Assembly: GCA_036785375.1 (NCBI GenBank)
Contig: JAWMAR010001454.1
Location: 62,001 to 126,000 of the forward strand
Source: Leucoraja ocellata
Lineage: Eukaryota
DNA: 64,000 nucleotides
Direction of reading: 5' to 3'
Shown here: positions 22,129 through 35,233 of the stretch, piece after piece
Layout: every line of letters starts with the position of its first letter
Position numbering within the stretch: the first letter of the stretch is position 1
Translations under genes and position numbers: made by a program
The notes under the pieces: model-generated
Told to the model about the DNA's origin: nothing
The model's database searches: none
The model's input: the letters and a program-made list of their open reading frames with translations, nothing else

Positions 22129-22550
22129 TTCAGGACAAAAGCTGGCAAGTGATGTGGATAGACACAAATGCTGGAGTAATTCAGTGAGACGGGCAGCATC
22201 TTGGGAGAGAAGGAATGGGTGATGTTTCAGGTAGAGGCTGTCCTTCAGACAACAAATACAAGCAATTGGCACTTGGTGGAGCAATGACAAAGGCGAGAGG
22301 TGAAGAGGAGACAAAAGGTTTAGATGAGGAGAGAGAGATGTGAAGCTGGAGGGCGGGATATGGGTCGAAGGGTAAAGAGGCAAAGATGAAGGTCAGGGAT
22401 GGGAGATGAGTGTGGAAAGAGGGGAAGGTGCAGGGTGAATGGGTGATGCGGGGAAAGGGAGAGTCCTCAGTACATTCATCCCTTTTCCCCATCCTATCCC
22501 ATTGCACTCATATTCCTTCTACCAGGTTTACAGTTCAGACCTTGCTTTCT

Positions 22551-22627
22551 CCTTCTGAGATGCTCATAATCTTCTGAGATGTTCATAACCTTCTGAGATG
22601 TTCATAATCCTTCTGAGATGTTCATAA
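22551..22627. repeat. Four tandem copies of a ~19-bp unit
   Basis: CCTTCTGAGATG(T/C)TCATAA x4; single unit at the paralogous site near 61933. Confidence 0.85.
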
Positions 22628-23469
22628 ATCATAGCGGCGACGACAGAGGGTTCATGGCCCCGACCACGGATAAACAAAGGAGGAGGACTGACTGAACCTT
22701 GTTGCCTTCCGCCACAGTGAAGAATGCTGTGCTGGATGTTTTGTGTTAAATTATATTGTGTATTATGTGTTCTTTTTAAGTGTATCGCTGCTGGCAAATT
22801 TATTTCACTGCACCTTTGGGTGCATGTAACGAATACAATTGACTTTGACTTTTACACCTTTAGCCTTTGTCACTTACTGATTCAATTATTTTTTGTCACA
22901 TGCACCATGTGAAACAATGAAATGCTTTGTTTTCCATACAACCTGGTAAAATCACGTGGCTGACCTCACCTGGGCAGTACACGATGTTTTGGTGTTCCAC
23001 CCATCTGGCAATTTCCTCTCCCCCCCCCCCCCCCCCCCCACCTGCATCCAGCCATCACTTGCTAGACTATTGCCCCACCTCACATTTTCAGCTTTCTCCC
23101 TTTACTCCATCAAGCTGAAGGCTTCTGATCTGATACTTCATTGGTCCATTCCTTCCAGATGTTGCCTGACCCACTGGTTTACTCCAGCAGACTTTTTTCT
23201 CCCTCAAGATTCCAGCACCGTGAATTCTAGTATTTTAAACCAACAATAATCAGGAAAATACTTTCTCCTCCAAACATTTATTGGTCTGAAACCAGAGGTG
23301 GTTCTAAACAGGGTCCTTACCTGCATCCCATCTCCATACAGTTCAGGTCCTGACAGATTGACAAAGTCAGACAATTCAAATTAATACACCACTAATGATT
23401 CAAATTCTCTCACCATCTTCATCACACCCTTAATCTCACAGCAATACTTTTAACGACAAGGATTCGAAG

Positions 23470-25440
23470 GGCCTGAGCTCAGGGCCAGGTTGGGCAGGCA
23501 AAGAGGAGGCAGAAACGGGGCAAGAGAGAGGGTGTCCGTGCTAGGCTGAGAGATAATGCTAGCTGGCCGGCCAGCTCTCCCATCTATCCTACTCTCCAAC
23601 GTCCGCTTCCTGGAAAACAAACTGGACAACATCCAACTACAGAGGAGTACACAGCGAGAGACTAGGGACTGCTGTGTCTGTGTTTTACTGAGACATGGCT
23701 CAACGATCGAGTCCCGGACGTGGCCATTCAGCTAGCCGGGCTAGTCTCGCACCGAGCCGACAGAGAACCATCACAGGTACACAAAAATGCTGGAGAAACT
23801 CAGCGGGTGCAGCAGCATCTATGGAGCGAAGGAAATAGGCGACGTTTCAGGCTGAAACCCTTCTTCAGACTGATGGGGGGTGGGGGAGAGAAGGAAGGAT
23901 AAAGGGAGGAGGAAGAGCCCGAGGGTGGGGGGATGGGAGGAGACAGCTCGAGGGTTAAAGAACGGGAGGAGACGGCAAGGGCTAGCAAAACTGGGAGAAT
24001 TCAACGTTCATGCCATCCGGACGCAAGGTCCCCAGGCGGAATATGAGGTGCTGTTCCTCCAATTTCCGGTGTTGCTCACTCTGGCAATGGAGGAGACCCA
24101 GGACAGAGAGGTCGGATTGGGAATGGGAGGGGGAGTTGAAGTGCTGAGCCACCGGGAGTTTAGGTCGGTTATTGCGGACTGAGCGGAGGTGTTCTGCGAA
24201 ACGATCGCCCAACCTACGCTTAGTCTCTCCAATGTAAATCAGCTGACATCTAGAGCAGCGGATGCAGTAGATGAGGATGGAGGAGATACAGGTGAACCTT
24301 TGTCGCACCTGGAACGACTGCTTGGGTCCTTGAATGGAGTCGAGGGGGGAGGTGAAGGGACAGGTGTTGCATTTCTTGCGGTTGCAACGGAAAGTGCCCG
24401 GGGAGGGGGTGGTACGTGAGGGAAGGGAAGAATTGACAAGGGAGTTGCGCGGTAAGACTCGAGGTGGTGGCCTGTGTGTTTACATCAACACTGCCTGGTG
24501 CAACAACTCTGTCTTAGTCTCCAAGTTCTGTTCATTGCTGGTGGAGAATGCGATTGTGAGATGTAGACCTTTTTATTTGCCACGGGAGTTTACCACAGTG
24601 CTCATTGTTGCTGTTCACATCCCCCCCAGTGCTAATGCTAAGGAAACACTAGCTGTACTGTACTGTATGGAGCTTTATGCAATCTACAAAACACACACCC
24701 AGAAGGACCTGCAGGAGATTTCAACCGTGCAAATCTCAAAACTGTGCTTCCTAAATGTTACCAACATGTGGACTTTGCAACGAGAGGGGAGAAGGTGCTA
24801 GATCTTGTTTACACCAATATGCCCAGCGCGTACAGGGTGGAGTCACGCCCCCCATCTCGGATACTCAGACCACATCTCTGTCATGCTGATCCCAGCATAC
24901 AGACTGCTTGTCAGATGCTCCAGACCAGCTAAAAAACAGGTGAAGACCTGGCCAGCAGGAGCCATCTCTGCTCTCCAGGACTGCATTGACTGGCACATGT
25001 TTAGGGAGGCAGCAACCACCGGCAGCACCACTGGATTGGAGGAGTACACGGCATCAGTGACTGGTTACATCAGTAAGTACATTGATGACATTACTGTCAC
25101 TGAGCTCATCACCACACGTCCCCAACAGTAAACCATGGATGACTGCAGAGGTACGTGCGCTGCTGAGAGCCCGAGACACGGCCTTCAGAGCAGGCGATAA
25201 GGAGGCCCTGAGAACAGCGAGGGCCAAACTGTCCCGGGCCATCAGGGAAGCAAAGCGAGCGCATGCAAGGAAAATCCACGGCCACTTCAGTGACGGCAGG
25301 GACACACTGAAGCCGTGGCAAGGCATCCAAGCCATCACCAATTTCAGGACATCAACACCAGCCTGTGACAGCGATGTATCTCTGCCTGATGCGCTGAATA
25401 TGTTCTACACCCGGTTGAAGCACAGAACGACGTGGTGGCG
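23470..25440 (+). mobile_element. Rex1/Babar-type LINE, degenerate endonuclease region, split by a Penelope insertion
   Basis: [27 protein letters not shown] then GKTRGGGLCVYIN, RPFYLPREF, SDH, KPWMT. Confidence 0.82.
23775..24449 (-). mobile_element. Penelope-like element 3' fragment: GIY-YIG endonuclease and terminal repeat
   Basis: LIYCIRCSRCQLIYIGETKRRLGDRFAEH..PVAQHFN..EQHLIFRLGTLRPDGMN (23982-24308). Confidence 0.9.
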
Positions 25441-25480
25441 AGGAAGACCACCCCCCCCCCCCCCCCTGCGACCAGGTGGC

Positions 25481-28303
25481 TATAGAAGCATAGAGACATA
25501 GACACATAGACACATAGAGACATAGACACATAGAGACATAGAAACATAGAGACATAGACACATAGACACATAGACACATAGAGACATAGACACACAGACA
25601 CATAGATACATAGAGACATAGACACATAGACACATAGACACATAGAGACAGAGACATAGACACATAGAGACATAGACACATAGAGACATAGACACATAGA
25701 GACATAGACACATGGACACATAGACACATAGACACATAGACACATAGAGACATAGAAACATAGAGACATAGACACATAGACACATAGACACATAGAGACA
25801 TAGACACACAGACACATAGACACATAGAGACATAGACACATAGGCACATAGACACATACAGACATAGAAACATAGAGACATAGACACATAGACACATAGA
25901 CACATAGAGACATAGACACATAGACACATAGAGACATAGAGACATAGAAACATAGACACATAGAGACATAGATACATAGAAACATAGACACATAGACACA
26001 TAGAAACATAGAGACATAGAAACATAGAGACATAGACACATAGGCACATAGACACATAGAGACATAGAAACATAGAGACATAGACACATAGACACATAGA
26101 AACATAGAGACATATACACATAGACACATAGGCACATAGACACATAGAGACATAGAGACATAGAAACATAGAGACATAGAGACATAGTGACATAGAAACA
26201 TAGAGACATAGACACATAGACGCATAGAAACATAGACACATAGACACATAGACACATAGACACATAGACACACAGAGACATAGAGACATAGAGACATAGA
26301 GACATAGAGACATAGAGACATAGAGACATAGAGACATAGACACATAGAGACATAGAGACATAGACACATAGACACATAGACACATAGACACATAGACACA
26401 TAGAGACATAGAGACATAGAGACATAGAAACATAGAGACATAGAAACATAGAGACATAGACACATAGACACATAGACACATAAACACATAGACACATAGA
26501 CACATAGACACATAGACACATAGAGACATAGACACATAGAGACATAGAGACATAGACACATAGACACATAGACACATAGACACATAGACACATAGACACA
26601 TAGAGACATAGACACATAGACACATAGACACATAGACACATAGAGACATAGAGACATAGAGACATAGANNNNNNNNNNNNNNNNNNNNNNNNNNNNNNNN
26701 NNNNNNNNNNNNNNNNNNNNNNNNNNNNNNNNNNNNNNNNNNNNNNNNNNNNNNNNNNNNNNNNNNNNNNNNNNNNNNNNNNNNNNNNNNNNNNNNNNNN
26801 NNNNNNNNNNNNNNNNNNNNNNNNNNNNNNNNTAGAGATATAGAGACATAGAGACATAGAAACATAGAAACATAGACACATAGAGACATAGACACATAGA
26901 CACATAGACACATAGACACATAGAGATATAGAGACATGATGTCCGATGATGTGCTGCGCGGTTTTCACCACCCGTTGTAGTGCCTTCTGTGCAGCTGCTG
27001 TACCATACCGTGAAGCAGGTGGTCAGGATACTCTCTATGGTACAGTGGTAAAATTTGGTCAGGATCTGGGGGGACAGGTGGGCTTTCTTGAGCCTCCTCA
27101 GGAAGTAAAGGCGCTGCTGTGCCTTTTTGATCAGCTTGGAGGTGTTGAGGGACCAGGACAAATCCTCCGAGATATGTACTCCGAGGAATTTATAGCTGGA
27201 GACGCGCTCCACCTCCCTGCCATGGATGCCCTCCACCGAAAACGGTGTCTGAGACGGGCTGGGAAGATCATCAAAGACCCCTCACACCCCAACCATGGAC
27301 TGTTTGCCCTCCTCCCATCAGGGAGGCGGTACAGGAGCCTCAGGTCACGTACTAGTAGGATGAGGAACAGCTTCTACAACAACACAATCACATTGCTGAA
27401 CTCGGAGTCCCGACGATAGATTTCTCTGGTCCCTCCGTCCCCATTGTTTAATTATTCTGTATTTCCTGATTATTCTGTATCTTCCCTCTTTCTATTTTTT
27501 TATTTTTTTTTTGTTTTCTTTATGTACAACTACTACGGACTGACGCAAAACTGCATTTTGTTGTACTGATACTTGTATTTGTGCGATGACATTAAAGTTG
27601 AATTGAATTGAAATTGAATTGTAGACACATAGCCACATAGAAACATAGACACATAGAAACATAGAGACATAGACACATAGAGACATAGAAACATAGACAC
27701 ATAGAGATATAGAGACATAGAGACATAGAAACATAGACACATAGACACATAGAAACATAGAGACATAGAAACATAGACACATAGAGATATAGAGATATAG
27801 AGACATAGAGACATAGAGACATAGAGACATAGACACATAGACACATAGAGACATAGAAACATAGAGACATAGAAACATAGACACATAGAGACATAGAGAC
27901 ATAGAGACATAGAAACATAGACACATAGACACATAGACACATAGAAACATAGCCACATATAGACATAGACACATAGACACATCGACACATAGACACATAG
28001 ACACATAGAGATATAGAGACATAGAAACATAGACACATAGAGACATAGAGATATAGAGACATAGACACATAGAAACATAGACACATAGACACATAGAGAT
28101 ATAGAGACATAGACACATAGAAACAGACACATAGAGATATAGACACATAGACACATAGAGATATAGAGACATAGACACATAGAAACATAGACACATAGAC
28201 ACATAGAAACATAGACACATAGACACATAGACACATAGAGACATAGAGACATAGAGACATAGAGACATAGAGACATAGAGACATAGAGACATAGAAACAT
28301 AGA
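25481..28303. repeat. Compound 8-bp satellite ACATAGA(G/C/A), continuous with a CR1 tail
   Basis: Arrays at 25481-26937 (N gap 26669-26832) and 27622-28303, merging into the CR1 3' end ACATAGAAAATAGGTGCAGG. Confidence 0.93.
26943..27621 (+). mobile_element. Rex1/Babar 3' fragment with 5' inversion
   Basis: 26943-27215 is antisense and 27213-27621 sense relative to the colinear copy at 30063-30785; (GAATT)n tail. Confidence 0.9.
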
Positions 28304-29738
28304 AAATAGGTGCAGGAGGAGGCCATTCGGCCCTTCGAGCCAGCACCGCCATTCATTGTGATCGTGGCTGATCGTCCCCAATCAATAACCCGTGCCTGCC
28401 TTCTCCCCATATCCCTTGACTCCACTACCCCAGAGCTCTATCTAACTCTCTCTTAAATCCATCCAGTGACTTGGCCTCCACTGCCCTCTGTGGCAGGGAA
28501 TTCCACAAATTCACAACTCTCTGGGTGAAAAAGTTTGTTCTCACCTCAGTCTTAAATGGCCTCCCCTTTATTCTAAGACTGTGGCCCCTGGTTCTGGACT
28601 CGCCCAACATTGGGAACATTTTTGCTGCATCTAGCTTGTCCAGTCCTTTTATAATGTTATATGTTTCTATAAGAATCCCCCTCATCCTTCTAAACTCCAG
28701 TGAATACAAGCCTAGTCTTTTCAATCTTTCCTCATATGACAGTCCCGCCATCCCAGGGATCAATCTCGTGAACCTACGCTGCACTGCCTCAATCACAAGA
28801 ATGTCCTTCCTCAAATTAGGAGACCAAAACTGTACACAATACTCCAGATGTGGCCTCACCAGAGCCCTATACAACTGCAGAAGAACCTCTTTACTCCTAT
28901 ACTGAAATCCTCTTGTTATGAATGCCAACATTCCATTAGCTTTCTTCACTGCCTGCTGTACCTGCACGCCAACTTTCAGTGACCGGTGTACAAGGACACC
29001 CAGGTCTCGCTGCACCTCCCCCTTACCTAACCTAACCCCGTTGAGATAATAATCTGCCCCCTTGTTTTTGCCGCCAAAGTGGATAACCTCACATTTATCT
29101 ATATTATAGTGCATCTGCCACACATCTGCCCACTTACTCAACCTCTCCAGGTCACCCTGCAACCTCCTAACATCCTCTTCACAGTTCACACTGCCACCCA
29201 GCTTTGTGTCATCCGCAAACTTGCTAGTGTTGCTCCTAATTCCCTCTTCCAAATCATGAATATATATATGGTAAACAGTTGCGGCCCCAACACCGAGCCT
29301 TGCGGCACTCCACTCACCACTGCCTGCCATTCTGAAAAGGACCCGTTCACTTCTACTATTTGCTTCTTGTCTGCCAACCAATTTTCTATCCACGTCAACA
29401 CCCTACCCCCAATAACATGTGTTCTAATTTTGGTCACCAGTCTCCCGTGCGGGACCTTATCAAAGGCTTTCTGAAAGTCTAGATACACTACATCCACTGG
29501 CACCCCTTTATCCATTTTACTTGTCACATCCTCAAAACATTCCAGAAGATTAGTCAAGCATGATTTCCCTTTCATAAAACCATGTTGACTTGGACTAATC
29601 CTTTTACTGCTATCCAAATGCCCCATTATCACCTCTTTAATAATTGACTCCAGCATCTTTCCCATCATCGAAGTCAGGCTAACTGGCCTGTAATTCCCCG
29701 TTTTCTCTCTCGCTCCTTTCTTGAAAAGTGGGATAACA
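28304..29738 (-). mobile_element. 5'-truncated CR1 LINE (TTTCTATG-tail family)
   Basis: [40 protein letters not shown]; one frameshift near 29265. Confidence 0.92.
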
Positions 29739-30062
29739 TTAGCGCTGCGCTACCTCATAACGCTGCACTCTCTGAATAGCAAGAATGTCCTTCCTCAAAT
29801 TAGGGGACCAAAACTGTACACAATACTCCAGGTGTGGTCTGACTAGGGCCCTGTACAACTGCAGAAGGACCTCTTTGTTCCTATACTCAAATCTTCTTGG
29901 TAGAAAGGCCATGCAAACCTCTTCTCTTGAGCTTGGCAGTCTGAATCTAGTGCCATAACTATTCATAACTGTGTTCATACTGAATCAGATTTTGACGGTG
30001 TGAGACGCGTATTGGCTTTTGATGGTATGATACGGGAATTTGCTAGGATAAACTGAATTCAG

Positions 30063-30785
30063 GAAGGTCAGAGGGGGCAGACATACCCCCATCCATATAA
30101 ACGGGACTGAGGTGGAGCGCGTCTCCAACTACAAATTCCTCGGGGTACACATCTCGGAGGATCTGTCCTGGTCCCTCAACAACTCCAAGCTGATCAAAAA
30201 GGCACAGCAGCGCCTTTACTTCCTGAGGAGGCTCAAGAAAGCTCACCTGTCCCCCCAGATCCTGACCAACTTTTACCGCTGTACCATCAAAAGCATCCTG
30301 ACCACCTGCTTCACGGTATGGTACAGCAGTTGCACCGTAGCGGACAGGAAGGCACTACAACGGGTGGTGAAAACCGCGCAGCACATCATCGGTGCCCCAC
30401 TCCCTGCCATGGATGCCCTCCATCGAAAACGGTGTCTGAGACGGGCCGGGAAGATCATCAAAGACCCCTCCCACCCCAACCATGGACTGTTTGCCCTCCT
30501 CCCATCAGGGAGGCGGTACAGGAGCCTCAGGTCTCGTACCAGTACGATGAGGAACAGCTTCTACAATAATACCATCACATTACTGAACTCGGAGTCCCAC
30601 CGATAGATTTCTCCAGTCTCTCCGTCCACACCGTTCGATTTCGATTACTGTTTGATTATTCTATATTTTTATTTTTATTTCTATATTGCACTATACTATG
30701 GACTGACGCTAAACTGCATTTCGTTGTACCCATACTCGTATTTGTGCAATGACATTAAAGTTGAATTGAATTGAATTGAATTGAA
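30063..30785 (+). mobile_element. Rex1/Babar 3' fragment
   Basis: YKFLGVHISEDLSW..KKAQQRLYFLRRL..LLPSGRRYRS; (GAATT)n tail. Confidence 0.9.
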
Positions 30786-30789
30786 ATGA

Positions 30790-32092
30790 TACTTAAAGGC
30801 TTGACGATAGATATGCAATGGCAAACATTTAAAGATCCTATGGATGAATTGCACCAATTGTTCACCCGTCAGGTGTAAAAATAAAACAGGGAAAGCGGCT
30901 CAACCGTGGCAAATAATGGAAATTAGGGAATATTAAATCCAGGCATATAAATTGGCAAGATAAAGCAACAAACTGGGAGAAATTTAAATTTAATATTTAA
31001 CAGAGGAGGAGAAATGGATGAATTCAGTGGGGGTAAATAGAGCATGAACGGAAACTTGTGGGGGAAATATTAGTGAAGACAAATATAGGCCCCTTACAGT
31101 CAGAAACAGGTTAATTTATACTGGGAAACAAGAAATTGGCAGACCAGTTACACAAATACTTTGGTTCTGTCTTCACTAAGGAAGACACAAACAATCTTCC
31201 AGAAATACAAGGGGACCGAGGATCTAGTGGGAGGGAGGAAGTGAAGGGAATCCACATGATTCAGGAAATGTTGTTAGGTAAACTGTTGGGACAGAAGACA
31301 TGTAAATCCCCAGGGCCTGATGGTCTGCATCCGAAACAACACAAGGAGGTGGCCCTCGAAATCGCGCATGTATTGGTAATAATTTTCCAATGTTCTATAG
31401 ACATTTGGTTAGTTCCAGTGAACTGGAGGGTACCTAATGTAACCCCACCTTTTAAGAAAGAGGGGAAAGAGAAAACAGGGAATTATAGACCAGTTAGCCT
31501 GACATTGGTAGTGGGTTGTACAGGGCTCTGGTGAGAACACACCTGAGCATCTGGTGCAATTTTGGTCTCCTAATTTGCGGAAGGACATTCGTGTCAATGA
31601 ATGAGCACAGCATAGGTTCACAGGGTTAATTCCCGGGATGTCTGGACAGACATATGATGAAAGAATGGATCGACTGGGCTTAAATGAAGGGATTAAGATG
31701 GGTGAGAGGAGATCTTATAGAAAGATATATAATTCTTAAGGGTTTGGACAGGCTGGATGCAGGAAAAATGTTCCTGATATTGGGGGTTCAGACCTATGGG
31801 TCACGGTTTAAGAATAAGGATTAGGCCATTTAGTACTGAGATGAGGAAAACCTTTTTTTTAGCAAGAGAGTTGTGAACTTGTGGAATTCTCTGCCTCAGA
31901 AGGCAGTGGAGGCCAATTCACTGGATGTTTTCAAGAGAGAGCTAGATATAGTGCTTGGGGCTAATGGAATCAAAGGATATGGGGAGAAAGCAAGAACGGG
32001 GTAATGATTTTGGACGATCACATTGAATGACGGTTTGTGCTCGATAGGCCAAACGACCTCCGCCTGCACCTATTTTCTATGTTTTTATGTTT
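30790..32092 (+). mobile_element. Old internally deleted CR1
   Basis: YFGSVFTKED, KSPGPDGLHP, NYRPVSLT joined directly to the C-terminal region and 3' UTR; many stops. Confidence 0.82.
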
Positions 32093-32540
32093 AACTAATG
32101 TGTTCTAAGTAACCTGCGAACCCTGGTATACCTGCTTTCTGCACTGTGGGATCAATTAACCTGTTCCTTTCTATATAACTTGCTAGCCTCTGTGCCACTA
32201 TGCTAAAGAAAATCTTGCCATCTACATTTAGGAGACAAACAGCCTAAACTGATTTAACTCTGGAGAATGAACATTCCCCCTGCTCTATGCCAAACCCTTG
32301 GTATGACCTGCTTCTACCAAACTATTGGACAGAGCCTCTGCGAGAATCTAAGCACATCAGGTGCACTTTTATTTACCCGGTAAGGGACTCCATTCGGTCC
32401 CGGTGCAGAAGAAGCATTTCCACCCCATATTACTGCTTCCACTTCCTTCCACTTTTGTGGCAAAACATCTAACTCTAACATCTGCCTCCTAAGGTGGTAA
32501 CTCTGGAGGGAGACACGGGCCCGATACTGGGGCCCATGAC

Positions 32541-34019
32541 GACTGAGGATTGGCGAGTAGCAAAAATAACCCCACTTTTTAAGAAGGGAGGGAGAGAGAA
32601 AACGGGGAATTACAGACCAGTTAGTCTAACATCGGTAGTGGGGAAACTGCTAGAGTCAGTTATTAAAGATAGGATAGCAGCACATTTGGAAAGTGGTGAA
32701 ATCATTGGACAAAGTCAGCATGGATTTACGAAAGGTAAATCATGTCTGACGAATCTTATAGAATTCTTCGAGGATGTAACTAGTAGCGTGGATAGGGGAG
32801 AACCAGTGGATGTGGTGTATCTGGACTTCCAGAACGCTTTCGACAAGGTCCCACATAAGAGATTAGTATACAAACTTAAAGTACACGGCATTGGGGGTTC
32901 AGTATTGATGTGGATAGAGAACTGGCTGGCAAACAGGAAGCAAAGAGTAGGAGTAAACGGGCCCTTTTCACAATGGCAGGCAGTGACTAGTGGGGTACCG
33001 CAAGGCTCAGTGCTGGGACCCCAGCTATTTACAATATATATTAATGATCTGGATGAGAGAATTGAAGGCAATATCTCCAAGTTTGCGGATGACACTAAGC
33101 TGGGGGGCAGTGTTAGCTGTGAGGAGGATGCTAGGAGACTGCAAGGTGACTTGGATAAGCTGGGTGAGTGGGCAAATGTTTGGCAGATGCAGTATAATGT
33201 GGATAAATGTGAGGTTATCCATTTTGGTGGCAAAAACAGGAAAGCAGACTATTATCTAAATGGTGGCCGACTAGGAAAAGGGGAGATGCAGCGAGACCTG
33301 GGTGTCATGGTACACCAGTCATTGAAAATAGGCATGCAAGTGCAGCAGGCAGTGAAGAAAGCGAATGGTATGTTAGCTTTCCTAGCAAAAGGATTTGAGT
33401 ATAGGAGCAGGGAGGTTCTACTGCAGTTGTACAGGATCTTGGTGAGACCACACCTGGAGTATTGCGTACAGTTTTGGTCTCCAAATCTGAGGAAGGACAT
33501 TATTGCCAAAGATGGAGTGCAGAGACGGTTCACCAGACTGATTTCTGGGATGTCAGGACTGTCTTATGAAGAAAGACTGGATAGACTTGGTTTATACTCT
33601 CTAGAATTTAGGAGATTGAGAGGGGATCTTATAGAAACTTACAAAATTCTTAAGGGGTTGGACAGGCTAGATGCAGGAAGATTGCTCCCGATGTTGGGGA
33701 AATCCAGGACAAGGGGCCAAGCTTAAGGATAAGGGGGAAATCCTTTAAAACCGAGATGAGAAGAACTTTTTTCACACAGAGAGTGGTGAGTCTCTGGAAC
33801 TCTCTGCCGCGGAGGGTAGTCGAGGCCAGTTCATTGGCTATATTTAAGAGGGAGTTAGATGTGGCCCTTGTGGCTAAGGGGATCAGAGGGTATGGAGAGA
33901 AGTCAGGTACAGGATACTGAGTTGGATGATCAGCTATGATCATATTGAATGGCGGTGCAGGCTCAAAGGGCCGAATGGCCTACTCCTGCACCTAATTTCT
34001 ATGTTTCTATGTTTCTATG
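32541..34019 (+). mobile_element. 5'-truncated CR1 LINE with open RT domain
   Basis: EDWRVA..NYRPVSLTS..KFADD..; frameshift near 33720; (TTTCTATG)3 tail. Confidence 0.92.
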
Positions 34020-35082
34020 ACAGGCCCACTCAGTATTCAAACAACGTAAGGTCCGAAAACACAAGTCCCATTCAGTGTTGGTGTTGCATGATGCCACAGA
34101 AAGTAGGCCCAATCTCTATTCAATGTACTCTGGACCCAATCACTTTAGATTAGATTAGATTAGATTAGACTTTATTAATCCCCTTATTCAGGGGCAATTC
34201 AGATGTCCTTGCAGCACTAATAAAAATACAACATAGCATTCAAGAAGAAATTCAACACCAAAACACAAAAACATCCCCCCACAGTGGTTCCCACTGTGGG
34301 GGAAGGCACAAAGTCCAGTCCCCATCCTCTTGTCCACCCATAGTCGGGCCTATTGAGGCCTCCACAGTCGCCGCCACGGTTAGTCGCGGTTACCCTGATA
34401 GTGCGCTGAATGGGCCAAATGCAATCAGCCGAGAGTAGTCCAGGATACCCAACTAGTGGGATGAGTGGCTTTGTGGCTCCATGTGGCCTATTCTTATTTT
34501 GGGGGCCGATACTAACTCACTCACCCGCCATCAAAGGCCCAATCAATGTCTAAGTGAAAGCGCACCCAAGATGGGTACCAGGCAAATCGATCTGAACTAA
34601 TTTACAATCCTTTGGAGTCATGCAATCCCAGCTAATTCCAGAAATGGTGGAACACGAGGTAAAACGAGAGCACATTTAGAGCAAGGTGCTGGTTCCTTCG
34701 ATAAACAAATATAGCAAACTAGGTTAGGCTTTTGTAGTTCTGCTTTTATTTGTGATTTAACAGAAACATATTACAGAGATGTTTTTAAAAGCATAACACG
34801 AAGTGGTCAAAACAACTGAATTCCACACTGAGACCAGGTACATTGAACATGTAGCTTGAGAGTCAAAGGTTAGCTCTGAATTAAGGACAATTGAGCAAAA
34901 AAGGAGTAAATAGATATTTGCTCATATGCGGAATGTGTGCATGCATTGGATTGTTGGGTATGTATTTACACATGCATTGACATTACATTTATTTACAGGC
35001 CTTCGGTTAGGCCGCACTTGCAGTATAGTGTGGAGATCCAGGTCGTCCCTTCGAGGGAATAATGTAGAGGCTTTGGAGAAGA

Positions 35083-35233
35083 ACTTAAATCGGGCGCGGG
35101 GCTTTATTTCACAGAGGCCCAGGACCGTTGGAGAGTGTGGAGGAGGGTCAGGGCGGGGAGTACTTAAATCGGGCGCGGGGCTTTATTTCACAGACGCCCG
35201 GGACCATTGGAGAGCAGTGGAGGAGGGTCAGGG
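35083..35233. repeat. 79-bp tandem duplication
   Basis: ACTTAAATCGGGCGCGGGGCTTTATTTCACAGA starts at 35083 and again at 35162. Confidence 0.8.

Larger units (their letters stand above)
15958..22130 (-). mobile_element. L1-clade LINE with intact ORF1 and ORF2, copy A only
   Basis: Poly(T) at 15958-15975; TSD CAGGACAAAAGC(T) at 15946-15957 and 22131-22142; empty site near 61514; two uninterrupted ORFs. Confidence 0.96.
1..24680. repeat. Segmental duplication copy A (matches 49565-64000, interrupted by copy-specific insertions)
   Basis: 1-52 plus 4497-12843 align with 49565-59202. 15913-15957 plus 22131-24680 align with ~61469-64000. Substitutions are sparse. Confidence 0.93.

Noticed and set aside
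22129-22383. N-terminal extension of the 428-aa L1 ORF1 call
   Set aside because: It lies outside the TSD in flanking Penelope-derived DNA; chance read-through.
25344-28425. Long Cys/Val/Tyr/Ser/Met-rich ORFs of 277-630 aa
   Set aside because: Translations of the stop-free 8-bp satellite and an N gap.
34255-34282. CACAGTG and CACTGTG heptamers as possible RSS (CCCCCACAGTGGTTCCCACTGTGGGGG near 34275; similar pair at ~60047-60087)
   Set aside because: They form hairpins in LINE/SINE 3' UTR remnants, with no nonamer at 12 or 22/23-bp spacing and no V, D or J coding flank.
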